A stretch of 63,770 bases of DNA, filler included, from Octopus bimaculoides (taxonomy: Eukaryota): the NCBI RefSeq assembly GCF_001194135.2. It is 3 parts of 3 records of this genome, joined end to end, with 100 filler letters (N's around TTAATTAATTAA, not from the genome) between each part and the next. Parts side by side here need not be neighbours in the genome. Positions count along the whole stretch, not along the records: positions 35,875 to 63,770 come from NC_068983.1; 2 more parts are not named here. One strand, 5' to 3'. Position 1 is the stretch's first letter, and the number at the start of each line of letters is the position of its first letter. The notes under the pieces were generated by a model. It was given only the letters and a program-made list of their open reading frames with translations. It was not told where the DNA came from and made no database searches. Position numbers and translations under genes: made by a program. This document shows positions 50,901-62,166 of the stretch, one piece after another.

Positions 50901-53900
50901 AAACTGAACCAACCAGTAGGAGACCCAGGGTCGACCAAGAAAAGATGGTTGGATAATATCTGTAGTCTCAGTTAGTCATGCTTAGGAATCATACCAGAAA
51001 GTCTGACGACATTTGCTTCTGATAGGACCCTATGGAGTAGGTGCCTCAGGACTACTTCCATAAATCTCCCAGGAACAGTGGATGGATGAAATTAAATTTA
51101 GTAGCTTTTCCAATTATCAGTGATGCCCACCAAAGCAGAAATATTAATGCTTCCCTCTCAGTGGCAAAGGATTTTGCCTCAAAGAGCCCTTGTGCTGGTC
51201 CACATAAAAAGTACCCAACACACACTGTGAATTGGTTGGTATTAGGAAGGGCATCCAGCTGTAGAAAGTAAGCCAAATCAGGCTGGAACCTTGTATAGCT
51301 CTCCAGCTAGCCAGCTCTGGTCAAACCGTCCATCTCACATGTTAGCATTGAAGTTGAAGATTTTGTAACTAATGGGGACAGCAATTATATATCACCTGAA
51401 GAAATACAACTAGATCCCATTATACAGGTAAACCGTTACATAATTTAAATCCTGTATATATGAAGACCTATGTTGTATGGAAACATGTGTAGTGATTATT
51501 AAACAGCTGTCTAACTGTACTCCTTCTTGTTGACTCTATCTTATTCAATTGTATTTTCATACACGAAGAACACCTAAACCTAGACTTGGTAGTATACAGT
51601 AATACTACTGACTATTTGGTAGTTCTAAGGGTGAACGAGCTCTATTTTGTAGAGCCAGGATACTAGTCCATTGCATGGTTAACTACTAGTTGTTGTTGGT
51701 ACTCATTTTCAGCTAAGTGGATTGAGTTACATGAAATGAAGCATTTTGCTCAAAAACTCAGTGCATCACTCAGTCTGAGAATTGAAACCCTGACCTGATG
51801 ACTGTGAGCTCAACACCCCAACCACCAGACCATCTACCTTCATTTAATAGTAATTAACATGTGTCAGTGATTTCCAGGTAAAAATGATAACTTACTTGAG
51901 AATGGTTTTTATAATAAAATTCTTGGGTAGCAGGCTTGATTTTAAGGATATCAATATCCTGTTCATTGCATACTTTTCTTTTCTTTGGCCCTATAATGGG
52001 AAAATATGTATTATTTTAGTTTAAAAAACCCACCAAAAAACATATTTCATTCTTGTATTTGGTTTGCAAGATTCTTGGTATGAATTTGTGTTAAAATAAA
52101 TCATGTTGTCTTGAGAGGGTCATTATGCCAATAACAATAAACACATGCACTGGTTCAATATCACTTCTTTATTGTTAGTCAAATGGTTTAATATCTAACC
52201 AACTAATCAATCAATAGGTTGTTTAATGAGCTGGTTAAACAATCAATACAAGCATATATACATGCAAGTATAAGACCACTTCTTGGACCTTGGAGAGAGA
52301 GGGGCGTCACTGAAAAGGTTGTGAACAGCAACGGAAGAACTTTGACTAATAAACAGCCAACTGGTTGTTAAGTGGCGCATTAAGAACTCGGAAGCCAGAG
52401 AGAGCAAACAAATTGCTGTTCACCCTCTTTAAATAAGAAGGATAAGTTGAAATAGTAAAGTAATAAATCTTATGTATTTTGTACATTTTAGCAATAAATA
52501 TCCAGCATGAGACTATCATTAGTTTTAAATTCTACTTTCCAAGAGAAATAGGAACTGGGAAGGTAAAATGTTAAGTTTTTCTTAGTAAAGAGGATAAGTT
52601 TTAGAAAATTTCATGAGTAAAGGTTTTTGAACAAAATAGTCTCTATCTAACATGGATGTATTTTAGATACAAGCATACAAATATGGTTGTAGTAGGTAAA
52701 TCGAATAAGTAAATTCTTTACTGTAGCAAGAAGAAAAAAGAGGGTAGAGGAATTTGAGGAGCATTAATAATTATAGCAGTAAGTTCTAATACAGGTTATG
52801 ATCCATCTAGATGACATTGGTAATGAGAAATAAAATAAGATAAATGGCACTCTTTGAGATATAGAATACTTACATGGTTCTTCAATAGCTGGAGACATGC
52901 TGTTGTCTTTAGGAGTCATGAAAATAAACAAAAGATATAAGTTATTTAAAATCTGAGCAAAAAATATTTCCATATATATTTACACAGAAACGAGCTTTGA
53001 AATTATCTCTAGCTTTACAGCAACTTGAAATTTTTCAATTATACTAGCATGCACAAGAATCTTTTAAGCACATTCTGATAAACCCCTTCCTATATTTGAA
53101 AAAGTGTGCCTTTTCCATACAGTCAAAACATTCTGTATAAAATAACTTAAAGGATAAAATAGATCAATAAGAGGTAATTTTAACATTTTCACAGATACTG
53201 AAAACATTTTAGTAAAATGCTGGCAATATTTTTTGTTGCTTCTTGCAAACATCAGCAGAATATAATTGGTGAACATCTTTATAAAACCCTTCATAGGAAA
53301 TTTAATAAAATTTAGGTTGTAATATCTAATATTCTGTTACTTTCATCTTCTTCATATTTAACAATAAACTAGTTACAGCTGTGAATATTCACCCACAAAA
53401 ACATAAAACCATATATGCTTCTTGAACCAGTCTTATTCTAACCAAGCTACACATCATATAAATGGTTACTACTGCTCCCAATATAATTTGTTAACAGTAA
53501 TTGTAATAAAGTTTACTGTTAACACTTTATTCTGCATTGTCTCAATTTTCCTAGGACATTATGAAAAGGTACCAGATTATCTGGAAGTGCTCAGTCTCAG
53601 AACACAGTCCACCAAACATCTTAGTCTTCTTTGCTACTTACTACAGTTACCAGTTATCAAGGAAAATATATAGCTTAGTTATGTCTCCTTAACCTGTACA
53701 TACATTCTATGGTCAGTTGTAGGCGAAATAAATTTCCAAGCAGAAATAAAAGCTAAAAAAGACATGGAAATTTGGTATTTATTTTCAGGTGGCTTGAAAC
53801 TACTCCAGTGAATGATAATCTGATATTCATTTCTCAATTACCAATACAATAAGTCTATCATTTTCATTTACTCAACTGTCTCTTCATATGTCACCTTTAT

Positions 53901-56004
53901 CTTGTTTTACAAGGAAATAACTGTCACTAATAGACTGAATTTGGACAATCTAGATCATTTATTCCTGTTCTTTATTTGGAAACAACAGCTTTGTTAAAAT
54001 TCCATAATGTAAATAATAGCAGAAACTTTTGATTTGGTTGATCTCTAGTCACCATATGTGCATAATACTAAACTAGATTCAGACTATGAAAATTATTTCT
54101 AAACAAACAGTAGCAATATTCTTTTTTACTCTAGACACAAGGCTTGAAATATTGGGGGAGGGGCCAGTTGATTAAATCAACCCCACTACACAACTGGTAC
54201 TTAATTTATCAACCCTGAAAAAATGAAAGGCAAAGTCGACCTCGAAATACTGCTAAGCATTTCACCTGGCGTATTAATGTTTCTGCCAGCTTGCTGCCTT
54301 ACAGTAGCAATATTCTAAACCACCATGAATACACATAAACCAGTGGCATAGTGGATAAAAAACTGTATTTCTCTCAATTTACAAATAAAAGTTCCCAGTT
54401 CAAATGCAGTCTGGGGTTGTGATACACACAAGGCGAAAAAACAACACCACATGATGCACACATATCAAAGTAATATTGCAAATAGATACTCCAAAGATGA
54501 AGTGAATAGTTTAGAATATTAACATTTCCTTATAGCAACAAGTCATTTAAACATTTAACCCCTTAGCATTCAGGTCTACTCTGTCAAAAGTAATGCTTTT
54601 TTTATTCACTTTGTTCTTTAAATAAATCATGCTTTATCTTGTGGCTTCCTGATTTCAATGATGTAATTTTGTAGTTATCTTATGGGGTAGGTGTGAGAGG
54701 CCAGATCTGGTCAGTTTGAACATAAAAATAAGCTGAATATTTGAGTAGACTGGTCTAAATGCTAAAGGTTTAAAGTGCACTAAGGCTTCAACATAATACC
54801 AACAATCTTTTGTGTACAAGCTGAATCTTGGCACTCCGTCGCTTACGACGTCGAGGGTTCCAGTTGATCCGATCAACGGAACAGCCTGCTCGTGAAATTA
54901 ACGTGCAAGTGGCTGAGCACTCCACAGACACGTGTACCTTTAACATAGTTCTCGAGGATATTCAGCGTGACACAGTGTGACAAGGCTGGCCCTTTGAATT
55001 ACAGGCACAACAGAAACAGGAAGCAAGAGTGAGAGAAAGTTGTGGTGAAAGAGTACAGCAGGGTTCGCCACCATCCCCTGCAGGAGCCTCGTGGAGCTTT
55101 AGGTGTTTTCGCTCAATAAACACTCACAACGCCCGGAATCGAAACCACGATCATATGACCGCGAGTCCGCTGCCCTAATCACTGGGCCATTGCACCTCCA
55201 CTCACAAGGTGAATATACAAAATAGTACCATGACGCCATAAGATAGTCGTTTCAAATTGATTAATACAGTTCTACACACACAGCACTCAGAATATTATTC
55301 AAAAGACAAACATACATTCATCTGCTTTACATGATTTTCCAAGCTAGCATGGGTGAGATGAGAATATTAAGAAAGCCTGGTTTTACAACTGGGAAGCTAA
55401 CCCTTAATCACTTTTTCAAGTAAGGGATTTCTTATTCCAAATCTTTAAAGGCACAAACCAAGCAGATAATCCATAAAAAGAAATAACACCACTGTCTGTA
55501 GCTGAGCAATTTTGGGCGAATGTCAACCTCACACACACACACACACACATATCATCATTGTCCTTTAATATCTACCAAGATGGGATGGGTTGGATGGTTC
55601 AACAGGATCCAACGAAACAGAGGATGGTGTCATGCTCCTATATCTGCTTTAGTGTGATTTCTATGGATAGATGCACTTCTTAATTCTTACCACTCTAAAG
55701 AGTGTACTGGATGCCTTTTTCAATAACACCAACAGTGAGGATGACATGTAATTAACAAGACTGTTAGGTGTTGAGAAGTTAGAGTACGATAGATGGGAGA
55801 GGGACAAATTTCTTGTAGTAGAGGAGATATATGGCTTCACTGCATTATTTAAGGGTGGATGGGAGAAATATATGCGTGTGTGTGTTAGCTTTTATGTCAA
55901 GTTATATATAAAAGCAATTTAACATTAAACTGCAGGATTATTCAATGTTTTTTTAGTATAGTACATGTTTAATCAATTATTACAAGGAAAATTTTAGAGG
56001 GAGG

Positions 56005-56067
<63 letters not shown>

Positions 56068-57755
56068 TGTGTGTGAGTGAAAGACATGTATTGCAGACTT
56101 CTTTCTGTTTCTGTCTAAGAAATCCATTTTAAAAGCTTTGGCTGAAACATACAAGTACATGCATACATACACACACATGTACATACATATATCTATGTCT
56201 ATATCATATGAAGCTAGTTACCAGTTCAAATATGCTTGGAGCATATTTGAACCTGTAAGAAAGCCAATCACTAAATTTCTTGCTGTAGTAAACACACCAA
56301 GTCAGTTTGAGAAATATTCTCCATGACAAAATACAGTGAATGACTTTCTTACAGGTTTCAGTATGTGCCAAGCATATTTGATCTGGTAACAAGTTTGAAT
56401 TTATGCATATCACTGCTTAGTGCTTCTACTCCATAATATATCATATGAAGCTAAATGGTCAAAATATCTTATTAGTTCTCATTCACATTTGATGAGAAAT
56501 CGCCAAGAAGAAAACACTTACCAATGCGGTCACATCTAGTAATTCCTGTCTGATTACCATTCAAAGAAAACTGTGAGGGTGTAGGTTCAGATATAACATG
56601 TTTCAGAAGATGTCTGACCTCGGGTGATTTAGGAGAACTCTTGGTTGGAGTGCTATTGCATTTCTTGAGTGGAGAAGTTGAGCTGTACTTAATTCTAATA
56701 ATGGAATTATCATTGTCTTTCAATAAAAGCTGATTGCTTGGTTCATTATCTTTTGCAGTAGGAATGCAATCAAATGACAAGTCATTAGTTTTATTGTCCT
56801 CTTTTAAATAATGTGAAACAATAAACTCCTGGCCAGTTGTATTTAGGGCCTCACAGAAAATCTGAAATGCATCAGGGCCTCGTTTTGGAAGAAGGTCCAA
56901 AAAGTATTCAACTTTCTTGGAGTTAACATTGATAGCGTTCTGAAACAAAAATAAATTTTTTAAATCATCATAATTTAGTGTCTGCTTTCCATGCTGGCAT
57001 GGGTTATATGGTTTGACTGGAATTGGTAAGCCACAGAGCTTCAAGCCCCAGTCTAATTTGGCATGCTTTCTATAGGTGGATGCCCTTCATAATGCAAACT
57101 GTTCCACGGATGTAATGGGTGATCTTTACATGCCACTGGCACAGTTGCTTTTCTGTACCACCAGCACAAGTGCCAGTTATGTGACACTGGCATCGACCTG
57201 ACGAGTCTTCTCAAGCACAGCATAGCACCAAAGGTCTCAGACGAAGGCAAATTTGGTTAAGACAATCTACTTATGTACATTTAAGTATTTGGATTCACGT
57301 GGACTAGTTTCTGCATTGGCAAAATAAACCTTTTTGGCTTGCTGTCGCCTGTGTCATTGATTCTGTTATTATCATTTTTTAAATAGTTACATTGGACAAT
57401 AATAGAATTAATGACACCTTCGCAAAAGACATTCGAGCGAGATTGTTGCCAGTGCCGATGGACTGGCTCCTGTGCAGGTGACACGTAATACACCATTTCG
57501 AGCGTGGCCTTTGCCAGTAAGACATCCAAGCGAGATCGTTGCCGTTGCCAGTAGCCGCCTGACTGGCCTGCGTGTTGGTGGCAGGCAAAAGCACCCACTA
57601 CACTCCTGGAGTGGTTGGCGTTAGGAAGGGCATCCAGCTGTAGAAACTCTGCCGAATCAGATTGGAGCCTGGTGTCGCCTCCTGGTCCACCAGTCCTCAG
57701 TCAAATCGTCCAACCCATGGAAAGCGGACGTTAAACGATGATGATGATATATATA

Positions 57756-57802
<47 letters not shown>

Positions 57803-58693
57803 CAAAATGGAACAAGAATGCAAAATATCCAGACAGTTAGGTGACACAAAAAAGGGACAACAAAACATCCAGATAGACGATACAAGGAAACAAGGACGGG
57901 TCATTCAGAGTTTTCTTTTCTCAGTCGAGTTCCAGATTATCTTAGCAATTTCGGCTGGTTATACTCAAGATTGCTCCAATCTGGACAGCCCCAAGGAAAA
58001 ACTAAGCTAAGAGCATTAGATTCCTTGGAAGAAAGCAGCGAATGTATACGAAAACAAGGACAGAAAAAAAAAAAAAAAAACGGAGAATGTTACACAAATA
58101 CAATAACAAGACATAACATCAGGTGTCTTTTGACTAAGGATGAATTAAATTAAGCTGGCGTATGTGGAATATATATATATATATATATATAAATGTCAGA
58201 TTGTCCTCGATATGACTTTAAACTTATAGTGAAGCTCTGGTTCGGGAGTTCCAGGGTTTTCAGAAGTGTGTAACCACCCCTTTCTATTATTGTTCCCAGA
58301 TCTACTCTGATCTGGAATAGTAGCTGCTGTCAGGGTCCCAACTGTGGATTAACCAGCATATGTGATGACAGATCATCCGACCGTAGGGATGTAGAAATAC
58401 CCTTGGTTGGTATCAAGGTGTGCAGAAAAAGCACCAGAAGTGAGGGACTCCCTAGTCTTGTCACAGGATCCTTCTAGAAGAGGGCCACTCTGATGTAAAA
58501 TCTGTGGTTTCACATGACAACCTCTGCTAACGTCAACAAGAAATTATAAAGTAACATAACTTACAATATATTCAGCATTTCTTTTTGTTACAACCCCTTT
58601 GGCTATCAAATGTGTTAAAAGTTCTTCCATCATTATATTTTCAACCAACTCCACTCTTTTCGCTATAAGCGTTTCCTTGTCTTTTTCATTCAT
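41258..58693 (-). CDS. CASP2: Caspase-2-like initiator caspase (CARD + p20 + p10), 470 aa core model: complement(join(41258..41398,44577..44686,47883..48008,48496..48715,49057..49230,51896..51990,56522..56939,58565..58693))
   Basis: All eight exons have AG/GT ends with matching phases (0,1,0,0,1,1,0) and total 1413 nt with no internal stop. CARD ETL..KRV.L....M.ELL.HL..K and LLPKRGP.AF..FCEAL as in caspase-2. Catalytic SHG and QSCRG, GSWFIQAL, and a terminal KQMSEFKSTLRKPHLYFYPG. Confidence 0.92.
41790..41960. mobile_element. Penelope-like element terminal fragment
   Basis: tgaagagcgtagctcgaaacgtc signature flanked by (TA)n. A similar signature in reverse lies at about 57820-58130. Confidence 0.55.
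42620..43870 (-). mobile_element. Decayed RTE-clade LINE (linker plus RT) in the last caspase-2 intron
   Basis: KEAWKCYYERLLNVENEW, NNYRGIKLL, GVHQGSVLSLLLF and KLLYADDFVL, with many stops and frameshifts. Confidence 0.88.
44577..44686 (-). CDS. CASP2: Caspase-2 exon (GYRAWRNYEEGSWFIQALVDVFAKHAWEKDICAMLNM)
   Basis: tgtttcag acceptor and ATG|gtaagt donor, phase 1 to 0. Confidence 0.95.
46511..46799 (-). mobile_element. tRNA-head SINE with an alternative 3' half
   Basis: The head matches the 10016-10347 family. The 3' portion (gccccttgtggagcataggtccgg...) differs. Confidence 0.8.
47883..48008 (-). CDS. CASP2: Caspase-2 exon (inter-subunit linker and start of p10)
   Basis: ttctag|AT AAT...GAA G|gtaaat. 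Encodes DNVDLRR..EDFADNVP..PTMSDSLFCYPTQE. Confidence 0.93.
48496..48715 (-). CDS. CASP2: Caspase-2 catalytic exon (SHG and QSCRG)
   Basis: tttctag acceptor and GGA G|gtaaag donor, 220 nt. Confidence 0.96.
49057..49230 (-). CDS. CASP2: Caspase-2 exon (start of p20: SYKMDGIPRGLALVIN...ENLTAE)
   Basis: AG|TCT TAC acceptor and GAG|gtaaat donor, 174 nt. Confidence 0.93.
49975..50345 (+). mobile_element. CR1/L2-group LINE 3' end
   Basis: Near-frame KH.FTLRIVQTWNKL.ASIVSCQNTTSFK, typical of the CR1 ORF2 C-terminus. Confidence 0.7.
50690..51065 (+). mobile_element. RTE-clade LINE 3' end (second family)
   Basis: ATKMRFLQRSLGVTLLDRV...RHVMRMSKERIAREIL....RRPRGRPRKRWLDNI (frameshifted). Confidence 0.75.
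51896..51990 (-). CDS. CASP2: Caspase-2 exon (PKKRKVCNEQDIDILKIKPATQEFYYKNHSQ)
   Basis: ttttcccattatag acceptor and CAA|gtaagt donor, phase 1 to 0 as required. IKPATQEFY resembles human VKPCTPEFY. Confidence 0.9.
52874..52906 (-). CDS. CASP2: Candidate 33-nt in-frame caspase-2 micro-exon (DNSMSPAIEEP)
   Basis: Pyrimidine-rich tract followed by aag acceptor, T|gtaagt donor, phase 1/1, no stop. No homology support. Confidence 0.5.
54828..55201 (-). mobile_element. tRNA-head SINE, full-length copy
   Basis: Same family as 10016-10347 and 14130-14504. Confidence 0.9.
56522..56939 (-). CDS. CASP2: Caspase-2 exon (second half of CARD plus S/T/P-rich linker), 418 nt
   Basis: tttgtttcag|AAC acceptor and ATT G|gtaagt donor. 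Encodes LLPKRGPDAFQIFCEAL. Confidence 0.92.
58565..58693 (-). CDS. CASP2: Caspase-2 exon (first half of CARD; begins with ATG right after the acceptor)
   Basis: ctacttcag|ATG and ATT|gtaagt. Encodes MNEKDKETLIAKRVELVENIMMEELLTHLIAKGVVTKRNAEYI. Confidence 0.93.
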
Positions 58694-59129
58694 CTGAAGT
58701 AGAATAAAAAGAGACAAGAAATAAAAACAGTTTAACAAACTCTTGAAGTGAGACAGAGGCTGTAGCTATTGAGGACATGCAAAGGCTTGAAAGAAATAAA
58801 GCTAGTATCTGGAGCCTACACCAGTGTCACATAACCAGCCTGCTCAAAAAGTACCTTTGAATTGTTGGGTGACATGCCATGCTTGAGGAGAACTATTGAG
58901 TCAAGTACACCAACATCAAAATCAAATATGCAAGACAAAAACTTTTATAAGGGGAGGAGGCATTGGAGGAGGTGATGAAGAAAAGGTTATAGTGAGACAG
59001 ATACAGGTGTCTTGATGTAGAGGAAGTACAAGGTTACCTGGCCGGAAAGAGAAATATCAGGAATGAAGACAGAAACAGGTGTGCTACCGCAAAGAAAATA
59101 TATTGTTGCCCTACCTGAGGGAAGTGCAA

Positions 59130-59870
59130 GAGAAGGAGAGAGAGTGGGAGACTGCAGAATTACCACAAGTGATGGCAAGACTAAGGCGTTGGATATGCCA
59201 AGCACTCTCATGGGCATCACCTGTCTCCTTGGTGAAGTGAATGCCAATGATAACAAGAAGTTCGCCATTAGTGACCCAGTCCCTCCAAACATTCAAATGC
59301 CATAGGTTGAAAGAGATAGTTCAGTGCCAGGTCCCAATATTTCAGGGTTTTGTTCCATTTGGGTACAGAAGCAGTGATGCTCCCATTTTCTGCAGCATCT
59401 AGGATGTGAGAGGGAGCAAAAGAGTCACAGTGTGGAATCCCAGATGAGGCACCTATCTCTTACCCAGGGCCAGTGGGGTAAGACTATTTGGTCTCTTCCC
59501 ATCACTTCTGGATAATCCCACTGGCTCCAGAACTGAGGGGATATTAACCCGAGCCAGAGCTTGCTTAACAATTAAGTTTAGCATAGTATGATGAGTGAAG
59601 TGACCTGTGAAGGCTTGTGGGATCGAGGGGCCTACCACAGCAACATCTCAATTCCCTCCAGATGTCAGCTCCCACTCTAAGAGTGATGGAAATGCGGAGC
59701 TCATCAAGGCACAGAAGACCTTCAATGTTGGCCAAAGGCAGGTTATCAATCCAGAGAATTTTGCACTAGCAGGAAGTAGGCGACACCTTTGAAAATAAAT
59801 CAGACTGATCAAGGAGAGAGCCAAAAGTGGCACCTGAAAGCAGATTATCCCATACTCTCTGCTTCCGTCT
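59130..59870 (-). mobile_element. CRE-like (RLE-endonuclease) non-LTR retrotransposon 3' relic
   Basis: LNLIVKQALARVNIPSVLEPVGLSRSDGKRPNSLT...WDST...QRLSLAITCGNS, resembling the RLE domain motifs DGKRPDG and QRLSxAIQRGN. Confidence 0.7.
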
Positions 59871-59919
59871 ATCCTCAACTGTAACAGAAACTAACAAACC
59901 CAGCTCGCTCCACTGTAGC

Positions 59920-61100
59920 AGACATTCATCCATCTTGCTATCGGAATTTATTCAGAAAAATGTGGGGAGATGAGTTTCGAAAGATTCACAAGAGTCGGAT
60001 GTGATTCTTCATAACTTTCAGAAAAATGGATATCTTTCAATGAAAGTTTCTACAAAAACCTTTAAGATTACGACTACATCGGAATTTAATTTGAAAGAAC
60101 AAAAATGGCGAGCTCGCATACATCACAATATTTTCCAAAATTTCTAGTTTCATTCTGTAGACATGCATGTGATTAGGGGCATACCTCCACAAGTGTCACC
60201 TCCACCCAATTTTCTTTCCTCGTAACTTTCAGAAAAATGTTTTTTTTGAAATGAAATTTTCTACACTCACCCTTCGGAGTGAGTTGATTACAAATATATC
60301 GGAATTTGATGAGAGAATTGGTGGCCACGCATACAACTGACACAGGTCACATGTATATCTACAAAATGAAACAAGAAATTTCGAAAAATATTGACGCGTG
60401 CGCACCAATTTTTCTTTCCAGATTAAATTCCCATGTACTCGTAATCTACACACTCCCAAAGGTATTGATTAAACAATACCCATTTTCCTAAAAGTTATGA
60501 TGCAATAGATTCAACTCGTGTCAATTTTCGAAACTACTCTCCTTACCACCAGAAATTATTTTTCACAACAAAGTTCGATCTGAAGCCGATTTGCAGAAAT
60601 TTTCATTAAAAAATAATTATTTTTCTGAAAGTTAGGAGGAAACAAATCCATGGGATACACTTATGGGTACTACTAAAGCAGCGCGGACCCGAACGCGCTA
60701 GCTAGTCGTGAGTGGTCGATCCTAACCCTAACCCTAAACACGTATTCATTTGCACACGCGGGTTAGGGATAGGGTTAGGATTAGGAGCGACCACTCAAGA
60801 CTAGTTAGCGCGGACGCGCGACTGCGCGTTCGGGTCCGCGCTGCTTTAGTAGTACCACACTTATGTAGGTGGTGACCGGTAATAAAGTCACAATTTTGGC
60901 TAGGGAAAAAGTCACAATTAATTTATTGAATCCGGACAAAAACCATCTAGGACAAAACCCCTGTGATTTTTTAACCTGTCACTTTTTAGCAGGATTCGTG
61001 TAGGTATGCTAATGTGAGTATTTCACATTGAATTCCGATATAATCAATCTACACTATGAAAGTTCGGGGAGGGGGACACAGACTTCTATAGATATGTCTC
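59920..61100. mobile_element. Unclassified non-autonomous DNA-type repeat with iterated internal motifs
   Basis: Recurrent taactttcagaaaaatg and atcggaattt motifs in both orientations. aattccgatataatc is shared with about 8099-8120. Confidence 0.45.
60666..60856. mobile_element. Mutator-type fold-back MITE (191 bp) with 9-bp TSD
   Basis: Perfect 33-bp TIR ggtactactaaagcagcgcggacccgaacgcgc. TSD acacttatg at 60657-60665 and 60857-60865. Confidence 0.9.
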
Positions 61101-62121
61101 GCGTAATTAGGGTTTCTTTAAAGCACGTACTCCAAAGATTAAAATTGATAATTAATGCTAAAAAGTATAAAAGAATTTATTGAATGTACATTAAACAGCA
61201 TCTATTCGTCAACACGGAAGACTGATACATAATTTGACAATATGTCCCCTTATAAACATACACCAATAAACATGCATTTAAATGGGCTTATTAGCCATTA
61301 AGTGTATAGTCATGAGTACCTGGTTGATATATGTTGATATATTGGTAGTTTATAAATATTATTCGTTATGTTTGAATAGCCCCTTTAAGAACATTAACTG
61401 CTTTTAGTATCGTGATTTAATTAATCGACCTTGATCAAGCAGACCTATGATCAAAAGTATTCCATCCGTGACGACCCAGTCTTTTTAGGGTTATGTGTAA
61501 ACCTAACCCTAAGAGTACTTTATCCAATGCTTCATTTCTTTAATTAAAGCTGATGTGTTGTTTTGGTCGATTTGACTGCTATTTCTAGCGATCACCAGTC
61601 TTTCTAGTATGTGTCAAATATGTATATGAAAAGGTTGGCGATCTTTCGATTATTGGAAATATAAATCGTTGAAAGTTTTAAAAATTTAGTAACATTTATA
61701 GTTTTTCAGCCCGCGAAGTAAAACAATTAGATTGTAACCTATTTCTCGATATTTAAAACGATTATTGTTGTTTAACTATTAGGTGTCTCAACAGAGAAGA
61801 CTTATGATTTAAGATATTTCAACCGTGTCCATCCCCGCAAGTTTTAGGGGTATAGGGAAATTACATGATCTAATATGTCAATTCCTTATTTAAGATGGTA
61901 GGATATGATTTAAGGGGAATTTGGTTGCTAATTTTAGTGGATCGAAAAGCAGAGACTTTGTTGTTGTCTCTAATTTATGATTAAAAAAGAAAACACTCCG
62001 AAGTACACACGATCTGAAAATATGAAATGACATTAAGAAACAAATTATAAATATCAATGACGGACTGGAAAAATAATCGAAACAATAACAGTATTAAACA
62101 TAGATAAATAACGCCACTCAC

Positions 62122-62166
62122 GGTTTTGTTGAAGTTGGAAGTTATACGTACGTTGTTGTATTTCAT
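62122..62166 (-). CDS. CASP2: Probable caspase-2 first exon giving an in-frame N-terminal extension (MKYNNVRITSNFNKT)
   Basis: ACC|gtgagt consensus donor in phase 0 joins in frame to the cag|ATG exon at 58693. It lies next to a unique, CpG-containing region. Confidence 0.55.

Noticed and set aside
51346-51427. Plus-strand acidic open stretch IEVEDFV...LDPIIQ followed by gtaaac
   Set aside because: No proper acceptor (it abuts a repeat end), no match to DPYD exon 4, and no partner exons found.
59063-59305. 80-aa plus-strand ORF with plausible composition
   Set aside because: It is largely antisense to the CRE-like LINE relic and has no independent motif.
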